This document shows positions 50,197-58,390 of a stretch of DNA of 64,000 nucleotides, in pieces (the first letter of the stretch is position 1; the number at the start of each line of letters is the position of its first letter). Source of the stretch: a virus. The notes below the pieces were generated by a model that had not been told where the DNA came from, did no database searches, and saw nothing but the letters and a program-made list of their open reading frames with translations. The stretch spans positions 28,152 to 92,151 of the IMG/VR virus record IMGVR_UViG_3300028534_000016. One strand, written 5' to 3'. The translations under genes and the position numbers were made by a program.

Positions 50197-50592
50197 TTAA
50201 AAGGTACTAATTTTAAAATCGTTATAACCTAGTTCTAATAAGCGGGAACGTAAAACAGATATATCTTCAGTATTAGTATCAAATATTTCAATGCGTATAT
50301 TGGTAGTAACTACTTCTACTACAGTAAATGGATCAATGTACTCTAAAGCAAGAACCATTTCTACACCATCTTTGTTCTCGAATAGGATATATACACAATC
50401 TTCTAAATTCTGTGGTAATCCAGTAATAACCGGTAAAAGATTATTATGTAAAGTATAGATATCTCTATATTTGATAGCTTCATTTGAAGACATCATTGCC
50501 TTTACTTTCATTGTCTGGTAATCATTACCAAGTATAGACGGAGCTAGTGTGTTAAAATTATATACTTTATTAATGCTAAAGGTATCAGCCAT
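50197..50592 (-). CDS. conserved hypothetical protein (phiKZ gp49-like position)
   Basis: YNFNTLAPSILG motif; AAGGA SD. Confidence 0.6.
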   Translation of the reverse strand: MADTFSINKVYNFNTLAPSILGNDYQTMKVKAMMSSNEAIKYRDIYTLHNNLLPVITGLPQNLEDCVYILFENKDGVEMVLALEYIDPFTVVEVVTTNIRIEIFDTNTEDISVLRSRLLELGYNDFKISTF

Positions 50593-50643
50593 AGTATTTC
50601 CTTATGTTAAGTTCTTCAAAGAAGTAAAAAAAAAAATAGAACC

Positions 50644-51024
50644 CTATCTTACTGATAGGTGCTCCATTTTCTTATCTGTATTAATAACAACATTAGTATC
50701 TGTAATTTCTACAACATAAATAATGTCATTAAGTATTCCTGATGTAGTTAAGTATGTAAGATACCTTTTAGCTATATCATCACACATATAGACCATATCT
50801 TCAATATCCATACTTTGTGGTTTACATTTCATAATAGCCTTACGTAACTCATTAGTAGCTCCGTCATCATCGTATATGTTGTAAACTAAATTTCTAGCAT
50901 ATGACAATATTCCCTCTACTAACTCAGCTACTTGTATACTATTACAATTTTCACTTAGTCTAGACAATAACAGTCTAAGCAAATCGATATTGGGCAAAAT
51001 TACATTGGTGCTATTATCGGGCAT
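50644..51024 (-). CDS. hypothetical protein
   Basis: 126 aa, in the overlapping operon downstream of phuZ. Confidence 0.6.
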   Translation of the reverse strand: MPDNSTNVILPNIDLLRLLLSRLSENCNSIQVAELVEGILSYARNLVYNIYDDDGATNELRKAIMKCKPQSMDIEDMVYMCDDIAKRYLTYLTTSGILNDIIYVVEITDTNVVINTDKKMEHLSVR

Positions 51025-51584
51025 TAATACTCCTCATCATAATAATCTGGATCAGTTACAAGTATATGTATTGATTCATGATTAATCATATTATTCCATC
51101 TATATGGACGCATTTCATATCTACCCCAGTTAAGTAAGGTCTCTAATTCTACAAGTATTTCTATAGGAATGATATTTAACAAATCTCTTAAGTTAGTAAC
51201 TCCTGGGTCTTGCTCTTCATCATTACCAAATAAGATATTGTAAATAATATCCGGATTAAAATCATTATTGTTAAGTATCTCGGTATCCAGATTCTGCACT
51301 ATCATAGAGACCACATCTTCTTTATCAGAATGAGTATCTAAGTAATCTGAATAATTACTAATAGTGTATTCCATCAATACTTTAAAATAGTTAACCATCA
51401 TCTCTTCTGTCTCTATGTCTAAATTTAGATTAGCTATTATTGTTTTAAACATTTGTATGTATTTACTAACGGGATAAATCAATATATTTTTAGGTACACT
51501 ATTATTTTCAATAAGATTCCTAGCTAAATCTTCACTATACTTAGAGTATAGGTCAACTTGCTCTATTGGTATTGCTTGTTGCAT
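51024..51584 (-). CDS. hypothetical protein
   Basis: 186 aa, coupled stop/start. Confidence 0.6.
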   Translation of the reverse strand: MQQAIPIEQVDLYSKYSEDLARNLIENNSVPKNILIYPVSKYIQMFKTIIANLNLDIETEEMMVNYFKVLMEYTISNYSDYLDTHSDKEDVVSMIVQNLDTEILNNNDFNPDIIYNILFGNDEEQDPGVTNLRDLLNIIPIEILVELETLLNWGRYEMRPYRWNNMINHESIHILVTDPDYYDEEY

Positions 51585-51975
51585 ATGTATATCTGAATTT
51601 AAAAACTAAGTTATCTAAATCTACTACTTGTTTATAGTAGATATTAACAACACTAGGAGGTGCCTGTTGTAATAGTATAGTTTCTAATTTGAAAAAGAAT
51701 CTAAAGAAGATATTTATAAAAGTATCTTCATTTACTCTCTCTGTTAAATCACTATAACTATACTCTACATTTTGTGTACCATAAATCTTATTGCAAATAT
51801 AATTAACTATATCTCTTAAAGCATTTCTTTTGTTATCTACCACTCTAGCATAAAACCTAACAATAGCTAATTCTAGTTTAGTACCAGGAAATAATGCACC
51901 GATATAAGGCTTCAGTTCACTAAGGTCAACTACTTTTACATCACTACGTATTTCACCGTTTTCTCTTTTAGTCAT
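51553..51975 (-). CDS. hypothetical protein
   Basis: About 140 aa; ATG at 51975 after GGAG. Confidence 0.6.
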   Translation of the reverse strand: MTKRENGEIRSDVKVVDLSELKPYIGALFPGTKLELAIVRFYARVVDNKRNALRDIVNYICNKIYGTQNVEYSYSDLTERVNEDTFINIFFRFFFKLETILLQQAPPSVVNIYYKQVVDLDNLVFKFRYTYATSNTNRAS

Positions 51976-52469
51976 TATTTTCTCCAATAAGCATCTACTT
52001 CTATAATTACATTGTAACCAAATGAATATTTATCAGTAGTGTTAGTCAAATGTATATCAATACTCGAAACATACGAGAACTTAGTATGCATGATAAGTTC
52101 TTCTAAAGTATTTGTTTTATGTAATGACATAAATTCATATAGGTGTGTATCCATTAACTTAGAAAAACGCACATAATATTCTACTAATATAATATCTAAC
52201 TTTATCTTTGTTTCATTAGACAGTTTTAACATAACAGAAATAGAATTATTCAGCTCTTTAAGGTTTTTAATCCCGTATAGACTAAACGATTCTAAAATAG
52301 CGTTAATCAATTTAACTGTTAATCTAGGCGCAGGTTCACTATTTCCAGTAATCTCAATGTATGGGTCTACCGGAAATAGTGAATTAGCATCTATTTTATA
52401 CAGAGAAATATTATAACTATTGCTATTTATCAAACTACTTAACATTTTGTTAATTGGTGGTGTATCCAT
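51975..52469 (-). CDS. hypothetical protein
   Basis: 164 aa; AAGAAG/GGA SD-like sequence. Confidence 0.6.
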   Translation of the reverse strand: MDTPPINKMLSSLINSNSYNISLYKIDANSLFPVDPYIEITGNSEPAPRLTVKLINAILESFSLYGIKNLKELNNSISVMLKLSNETKIKLDIILVEYYVRFSKLMDTHLYEFMSLHKTNTLEELIMHTKFSYVSSIDIHLTNTTDKYSFGYNVIIEVDAYWRK

Positions 52470-53076
52470 CTTCTTTTCCTTCTTCCATTAATTCTTTAAC
52501 TATTCTTTCATTCTCTTTAATTCTCATTGCTTCATCGTACCTTATTTTAATAATAGGATCTCTGAATATAAGAATAAACTCATTTGTATCTATATCTATA
52601 TCTAATGATTTATCTATGTTTCCATTAAACACATAATCATACTTGAGTATAATAGCATCCATAAACCGTATTAAATGTTGATAATCTTCAGCACTCACAT
52701 TAGGTATGTACGCACAAATATAATCATCTACTATATGTTTGGTTCTATTTAACCCATAATAAATAGATTCAATATTATCTTTGTGCTCATTATCTAATAA
52801 TGGGTTATCTAGAATTAACTCTGGATAATTTGAAATCTCACACATATGATAATATACATATATACGCATAATCTCAGCAGCATGAATCGGGTGAAAAGGT
52901 TCATTTGATACCATATTCTTGCTAGTATAATAATCTAACATTTTTCTTTCAACCGGAGGATATCTATATCCTTTCACATAAAGACTACCTTCAGTGTACC
53001 CCATATACTTACGTATAATATTTTCCATAAAATTGAGTTCAAATTCAATATCTAAAATATATTTTTTATCATCCAA
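52450..53076 (-). CDS. hypothetical protein
   Basis: 208 aa; AAGGA SD. Confidence 0.6.
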   Translation of the reverse strand: MDDKKYILDIEFELNFMENIIRKYMGYTEGSLYVKGYRYPPVERKMLDYYTSKNMVSNEPFHPIHAAEIMRIYVYYHMCEISNYPELILDNPLLDNEHKDNIESIYYGLNRTKHIVDDYICAYIPNVSAEDYQHLIRFMDAIILKYDYVFNGNIDKSLDIDIDTNEFILIFRDPIIKIRYDEAMRIKENERIVKELMEEGKEDGYTTN

Positions 53077-53479
53077 GGTCTGTTCCTTCTAAAGATACAT
53101 TTACATGTATATTTTTACCTATAATGTGTACATCAATACATAAACTATTTGTAGAAAAATGATTGTGTTTTAACTCAAAGTTAATACTGCCATTAATCTC
53201 TCTAGCCAATAACCATAAGTTAATATTACTTAACTCATTTTTATATTTAACTATAAAACTATTTAAATCCATATTAGCTAATAACAAACTATTACCGGGA
53301 CCTATTACTATATTGCCAAAACTATATTGTAATTCATGTACTAACATAGTGTGTAATAAGTATTTAGGCAAAATACGTTCATTAACCAACATAGTATCAT
53401 TGCTATATTTGTTAATTATGCCACTTAAAATGTGCAGAGATATCTCGCCATCTATTACGAATACTTTGTCTTTAACCAT
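53069..53479 (-). CDS. hypothetical protein
   Basis: 136 aa; GGAGG SD. Confidence 0.65.
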   Translation of the reverse strand: MVKDKVFVIDGEISLHILSGIINKYSNDTMLVNERILPKYLLHTMLVHELQYSFGNIVIGPGNSLLLANMDLNSFIVKYKNELSNINLWLLAREINGSINFELKHNHFSTNSLCIDVHIIGKNIHVNVSLEGTDLG

Positions 53480-53534
53480 ACTGTTCCTCCCGTATATTCA
53501 TACAATTGAGGTAAGTAAAAAAACAATACAACCA

Positions 53535-53551
53535 CAGGAGATAACCTCCTG
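53535..53551 (-). terminator. hairpin after phuZ
   Basis: CAGGAG-ATAAC-CTCCTG, with a T-run downstream on the minus strand. Confidence 0.55.
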
Positions 53552-53560
53552 CAGCTGTTG

Positions 53561-54604
53561 TTAAAATACTAAACCATCATCAGTTGTTTCAGACTCTGAA
53601 CTACCACTAACTTCATTTACTTCAATAGCGTGCATTGCATCATAAATACTATCAGTATATTTCTTAAGTCTTGTTTCTTCGTGTGTGAAGAAGTTTACAA
53701 ATGTAACTAAATGAATAGGTACATGTTCTTTGTAAATATTAATTGCATTTTCAGCAAGAATTGTTCCTGTTTTATGGTGTAACAATGATAAGTTAATATC
53801 CGGAGATACTCCATTAACAGTTAATGTTCTAGCTACAGTAGGTACACAGTTATCAGGAAGGATAACTTCTTTACTGTAGATATTCAAACTATAAAGACCT
53901 GGCTTGATTTTGATAGTCTTATAGTTACTTTGGTCAATGATGTTAATCATATCTTGGTTGTCAATTGATTCATTCTCGCCTGATAAGAATAACGATAACG
54001 CGCTAAGACTATTGAAGATACTCTTATTAGCATTAGCGATAGCTTCATTGGTATTACCTTGCATGAATGATTCATTGTTAACATACATAATACTAATAGG
54101 TTTGCTAGTCTGCTTAGCTACATTGTGTAACGTAGCGATGCTGTTTAAAGTATTGATAGCAGATAGACCATTAGTGCTATCGCCGATAGCTACTACTACA
54201 GTAGGAATATCTCTTAACAACATATTCTTTAAAATAGTAGGCATGATGATTGAACCAGAACCACCACTAAGAGAAGCAATAACTATGTTAAAAACACCAT
54301 TCTCTTTCTCTTTGATACCATTGTTATCTAAGAAGTCTTTTACACTAGCAACTATATCACTAGCATTTGTTCTTCTTTCAGCACCACTACCACTTAACTC
54401 GTCTTTAGTAAAATCTTTGCTAGTGATATGGAAAAATTTACCATCTTGTCTCATTTCATCACTGATGTTGTTAGTAGATGTATCCAAGTAGTGTTTTTCA
54501 ACATTACAAAAACCTTCACCTAACGCACCTAACATAGTACCTACTTCACTCACTAAGTGACAACCAGCGCCACCACACCCAATTAATCTTAATTTATTTG
54601 CCAT
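53561..54604 (-). CDS. phuZ: phage tubulin PhuZ
   Basis: LIGCGGAG, SLSGGSGS (tubulin GTPase signature), IDNQD; acidic C-terminal tail ending DDGLVF. Confidence 0.92.
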   Translation of the reverse strand: MANKLRLIGCGGAGCHLVSEVGTMLGALGEGFCNVEKHYLDTSTNNISDEMRQDGKFFHITSKDFTKDELSGSGAERRTNASDIVASVKDFLDNNGIKEKENGVFNIVIASLSGGSGSIIMPTILKNMLLRDIPTVVVAIGDSTNGLSAINTLNSIATLHNVAKQTSKPISIMYVNNESFMQGNTNEAIANANKSIFNSLSALSLFLSGENESIDNQDMINIIDQSNYKTIKIKPGLYSLNIYSKEVILPDNCVPTVARTLTVNGVSPDINLSLLHHKTGTILAENAINIYKEHVPIHLVTFVNFFTHEETRLKKYTDSIYDAMHAIEVNEVSGSSESETTDDGLVF

Positions 54605-54770
54605 ACTCTTCCTTTCGTATTTTAAAGATTTTATTTAAATAACGTTTACATTCTTTCTGTAATCGTTCTATTCTAGAAGGTTCTACTTCTAAATCATAAT
54701 TAGCCAATTCTCTGGCTGCTTCCTGTAGTTTAACTACAGGATACCCGTATTGGTTTCTTTTAATAACCAT
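54594..54770 (-). CDS. small hypothetical protein (58 aa, not in ORF track)
   Basis: MVIKRNQYGYPVVKLQEAARELANYDLEVEPSRIERLQKECKRYLNKIFKIRKEEYGK; AAGGA SD; overlaps the phuZ start. Confidence 0.65.
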   Translation of the reverse strand: MVIKRNQYGYPVVKLQEAARELANYDLEVEPSRIERLQKECKRYLNKIFKIRKEEYGK

Positions 54771-54779
54771 AACTTATCC

Positions 54780-54920
54780 TTATTTGGTTAATTTAACTAG
54801 ATACCATGCGATAGACATAGTTACTGCAGCGGCACCGACATATGTTACAAAAGGTATATATGTAGCTAGCCACGCAATTGATACAGCTACACTCATTACA
54901 ATCCCTGGTAATCCTCTCAT
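54780..54920 (-). CDS. 46-aa hydrophobic microprotein (two TM-like segments; not in ORF track)
   Basis: MRGLPGIVMSVAVSIAWLATYIPFVTYVGAAAVTMSIAWYLVKLTK; TAATG coupling to the upstream gene. Confidence 0.65.
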   Translation of the reverse strand: MRGLPGIVMSVAVSIAWLATYIPFVTYVGAAAVTMSIAWYLVKLTK

Positions 54921-55663
54921 TATAATTCTCCTTTTTCCATAAGTTCTTTTATATAGTCGCCATACACGTAAACATAGTTATTGATATGTGCTGCACTATA
55001 TTCTCCGTCTTCTTCTACTATCTCTCTGTATTTTTTACCATTATCTATCATATTCACCCATTTAGCAATACGTGATAATGTTATGTTAGTATCTTCTATA
55101 CTATATAGATTACAAGATTTATGGTTCATAAGAGCATACTTAGCAATCATTTTGCTTATAGTTACTCTATTCACACCATATGTTCTAGCTATCTCCGCTA
55201 AGTTAACACCTCTCAAATGGTCTCGATATGCTTTTTCTAACTCTTCATTGCTTAACTCTATTTTAGGCTTACGAGAATATTCGCCTATCTTTTCAAACTT
55301 CATTCTCTTTTTAGTTACTTTAGTTTCAGTAACTTCTTCAACCACTTCAACATCGTCAATATCTTCTTCGCTAGTCAATGCTTCTATCTTTTTCTCTAAA
55401 GCTCTAATGTGTATATCTTTAAGAGCTAAAGTCTTTTCATGCTCTTCTAATAGCGTTTCAAGTGTATCTTGATAATCGTCTATCTTAGTAACTAAGTTCT
55501 CTATAGTGCTTAAGGCATTATCTAATTCAATCTTAAGTTTATTAACGCCACTATCATCAACTACTACCTCTTTTACATCATTACCGTTAACTACATCTGT
55601 TTCAGTTATTACAGTAACCTGACTATTACCTTCATTTACAAATATTTCTATTTTAGTACCCAT
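54920..55663 (-). CDS. coiled-coil protein with two helix-turn-helix-like motifs
   Basis: Heptad region at about aa 40-100; GVNLAEIARTYGVNRVTISKMI; GKKYREIVEEDGEYSAAHINNYV. Confidence 0.65.
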   Translation of the reverse strand: MGTKIEIFVNEGNSQVTVITETDVVNGNDVKEVVVDDSGVNKLKIELDNALSTIENLVTKIDDYQDTLETLLEEHEKTLALKDIHIRALEKKIEALTSEEDIDDVEVVEEVTETKVTKKRMKFEKIGEYSRKPKIELSNEELEKAYRDHLRGVNLAEIARTYGVNRVTISKMIAKYALMNHKSCNLYSIEDTNITLSRIAKWVNMIDNGKKYREIVEEDGEYSAAHINNYVYVYGDYIKELMEKGEL

Positions 55664-55714
55664 TGTTTACTCCTGTTTTTTATTGTTATAGATAAGTAGT
55701 AGTTTAGTATTACA

Positions 55715-55733
55715 TCTATTTTAATAATATATG
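55715..55733 (-). promoter_or_regulatory. candidate early phage promoter for the phuZ operon
   Basis: Minus strand CATATATTATTAAAATAGA. Confidence 0.5.
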
Positions 55734-56155
55734 TTTATAAAGAATTAGAAATATAAATAATAATTAATTAAATGTTATTATATGAATAGTAGTATCTTAG
55801 CATGGTATAAATCCCATAGTTTAAAAGACAGCAAGAGAACCTATTCCAATTTGATATGTATAGAGATAATCTATATAGTATGGGTTCGTTACCTCGTTCA
55901 TTATGAACAGCTACTCGCAAGTGCAGTGATACTCAACCGACTGATGACCAGGACAGGATTCCTGGGGATAGGAGGGAAGAGAGAGCAGGAGAGAGAAGAA
56001 GGGATACGATAGAAGCAGAATCACTACACTGTGTTGTAGTTAGAGGGGTGAAATAATCCTATATATAAATAAATAATCATTAAAATAGAATAGGTTATAA
56101 TTTTTATTTATATATTAAGCTATTAAATATCAAATATAATAATAGGAATAATATC

Positions 56156-56386
56156 ATGTATAATACTGTAAAAGATTGGTTAGCTATAGGTAATGAAGAG
56201 ATACATATAGATGAAAAGAATGAAGGTAAGTTTACACAATGGTGTAAGCGTAAAGGGTTTGATGGTGTAACTGATGAATGTATTGAATTAGGATTAAAGA
56301 GTAAGAATCCTAAAACTAGAAAGAGAGCATTGTTTGCTAAGAATGCTAAGAAGTGGAAACATAAGAAAGATATTACAGATAAATAG
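56156..56386 (+). CDS. small basic hypothetical protein
   Basis: IHIDEKNEGKFT...NPKTRKRALFAKNAKKWKH; AGGA SD. Confidence 0.7.
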   Translation: MYNTVKDWLAIGNEEIHIDEKNEGKFTQWCKRKGFDGVTDECIELGLKSKNPKTRKRALFAKNAKKWKHKKDITDK

Positions 56387-56416
56387 ATAGATAAGCATAT
56401 TAGCTTATCTATCTAT
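56383..56416. terminator. hairpin between convergent genes
   Basis: ATAGATAGATAAGC-ATATTA-GCTTATCTATCTAT. Confidence 0.7.
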
Positions 56417-56418
56417 AT

Positions 56419-56817
56419 CTATTTTTTATTCCAAGGTTTTTTATTTAATTTATCGTATGAGTGTTTAGCATTTTCGCTAATAGTATTCCATTCTAAGTTA
56501 GTAACGTTATTATTTTGTCTATTACCATCTTTATGGTTAACATGTGGTTTATTCTTTTTATTAGCTATGAATGATAAAGCTACTAATCTTTGTGCTTGTA
56601 CATGTTTCTTTTTATTATCGTTAGTTAAGAGTACATACTCTACATAACCATCTCTAGTAATGAATGGTTTCATTTTATGATATGTACCATTACTCTTCTT
56701 TAAAAAGACTTCACCTTTAGTATTGACGTAATACCTACCCTTAGCTAAGTTATAGCCTTTAAGAGCATCTAATGGCTTAATTAACCCTATATCTGTTTTA
56801 TTATATTCTTTACTCAT
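56419..56817 (-). CDS. free-standing HNH homing endonuclease (I-HmuI-like/HNH_3)
   Basis: YYVNTKGEV, HVQAQRLVALSFI, VNHKDGNRQNNNVTNLEW...ENAKH. Confidence 0.85.
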   Translation of the reverse strand: MSKEYNKTDIGLIKPLDALKGYNLAKGRYYVNTKGEVFLKKSNGTYHKMKPFITRDGYVEYVLLTNDNKKKHVQAQRLVALSFIANKKNKPHVNHKDGNRQNNNVTNLEWNTISENAKHSYDKLNKKPWNKK

Positions 56818-56862
56818 ATATTTCTCCTAAGTTTCAGTTAATTGAATGTGAAGGAGAATATA

Positions 56863-57732
56863 ATGGATAAAAGCCTATTACGTATTTATTCGTTAGGTTA
56901 CGTTGCTGAGGATTATGTGGAAGATAATCCTTTTTTAAATGTAGTACCTATAGAAGACATTACTGACATAACAGGAAATTTAACAGATAGTGTTTTAGAA
57001 GAAAATGAAAATATTGACAATGATAATAAGATAGAAAAAACTATTAAACAAAAAGGTTATACCGTTAGAGCTAAATGGTTTAATTTAATGGAACCCAATA
57101 GATTAACAGCGCCTAATCTTTGTAAAGGTGAAACAGTTATACTTTGGAGATACGCTAATAGCGATATCTATCTCTGGACTAATATGTACAATGAGTTAGA
57201 TAAACGTAAATTAGAAAAAGCTACTTATGTATTCTCTAATAAAAGAAGTATAGCAGGAGATATTAATGCTGTTTATTACTTTACTATAGATACCATTAAT
57301 AAAAGAATAAGATTACATACTGATGCTAGTGATGGTGAGTTAACTACTTATGATATTGATATTGACACTAAGAATGGTATTTTCACTATTATAGACGGTA
57401 AAGATAATCAAATAGAGTTAGATAGTGCTAATGATAAGTTAACGATAACTATTAACAAAGATATTGAAATGAATGCACCTAATATAGTTAGTAATAGCGA
57501 GAACTTTACCATTAATACTAAAAATTACACTCTTAATAGTGAAAATGATACTATTAACAGTACTACTAGTAAACACAGTACTACTAGCAGTACGTTAACT
57601 GCTACAAGCAGAACATTGAATACAAGTACAGTTGATATTAATGGAGGCACTATTAAACATGATGGTATCGCTATAGATAACACACATCAACATACTGGTA
57701 ACTTAGGTAGACCTACTTCACCACCAAATTAA
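56863..57732 (+). CDS. baseplate central spike (gp5/gpV-like)
   Basis: OB-like N-terminus (NRLTAPNLCKGETV), beta-repeat C-terminal half, terminal HQH iron-binding-type motif (NTHQHTGNLGRPTSPP). Confidence 0.75.
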   Translation: MDKSLLRIYSLGYVAEDYVEDNPFLNVVPIEDITDITGNLTDSVLEENENIDNDNKIEKTIKQKGYTVRAKWFNLMEPNRLTAPNLCKGETVILWRYANSDIYLWTNMYNELDKRKLEKATYVFSNKRSIAGDINAVYYFTIDTINKRIRLHTDASDGELTTYDIDIDTKNGIFTIIDGKDNQIELDSANDKLTITINKDIEMNAPNIVSNSENFTINTKNYTLNSENDTINSTTSKHSTTSSTLTATSRTLNTSTVDINGGTIKHDGIAIDNTHQHTGNLGRPTSPPN

Positions 57733-57747
57733 TAATAAGGATATATT

Positions 57748-58365
57748 ATGTTAGAAATACTTATACCACCTATAAACACTAAAGGAAATTTTAGTTTTAA
57801 AGAACCATTTGATACTCTTTTAAAAGAAGATTTAGAATATACAGTTACCTCTGTAAGAAGTCTTAGTGATTTAGTAAATAGCGAAGAAGATCCCTTAGCA
57901 GGTATTTATGTTGCTAGTGGTTTGACTGAAGAAGATTATAAATACGATGTAGACAACAATATACCAATAGTTGTCTTATTGTCTGAAGCAGGTAACTATT
58001 ATTATGTTCCTGCTAATAGAATTACTTCTATACCTAAAGTAGAAGGGGTTAGATATCAAGATAAAATCTTAGCTATACATTTGGGTTCACTACCTGTTAT
58101 TAAGAACCTAGACACACTTAAAGAGGTTATTAAGCAAGATGTATATGATATCCTAGGAGTTGAATCACAAATAGAAGTAGTTTTAGCTTCTGCAGTTAAA
58201 CTCGTCTCTAAAGAAGATGATAAGCTATATACTAATTTATTAGAAAATAGAGCAACTGTAAATAAATCATATAGAACACTTTATAAAGAAACAAAAGAGT
58301 TACTAGATGATAGAGAAATAGTAATTACTAAATTAGAAGATTACATCAAAACAAATTGTAACTAG
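57748..58365 (+). CDS. conserved hypothetical protein, probably baseplate-associated
   Basis: 205 aa; YYYVPANRITSIP motif; co-transcribed with the spike gene. Confidence 0.6.
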   Translation: MLEILIPPINTKGNFSFKEPFDTLLKEDLEYTVTSVRSLSDLVNSEEDPLAGIYVASGLTEEDYKYDVDNNIPIVVLLSEAGNYYYVPANRITSIPKVEGVRYQDKILAIHLGSLPVIKNLDTLKEVIKQDVYDILGVESQIEVVLASAVKLVSKEDDKLYTNLLENRATVNKSYRTLYKETKELLDDREIVITKLEDYIKTNCN

Positions 58366-58390
58366 TATGAGCTATAGCTCATACTAGTTA
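58359..58390. terminator. perfect 32-bp palindrome between convergent genes
   Basis: TAACTAGTATGAGCTATAGCTCATACTAGTTA. Confidence 0.75.

Noticed and set aside
55941-55970. Hammerhead ribozyme (CTGATGA followed by a CCAGGA/TCCTGG stem)
   Set aside because: The stem is followed by GGAT, not the required GAAA, and I found no stem I/III or NUH cleavage triplet
55782-56012. 76-aa plus-strand ORF across the purine-rich island
   Set aside because: No SD, atypical composition and codon use; more likely non-coding, though not excluded
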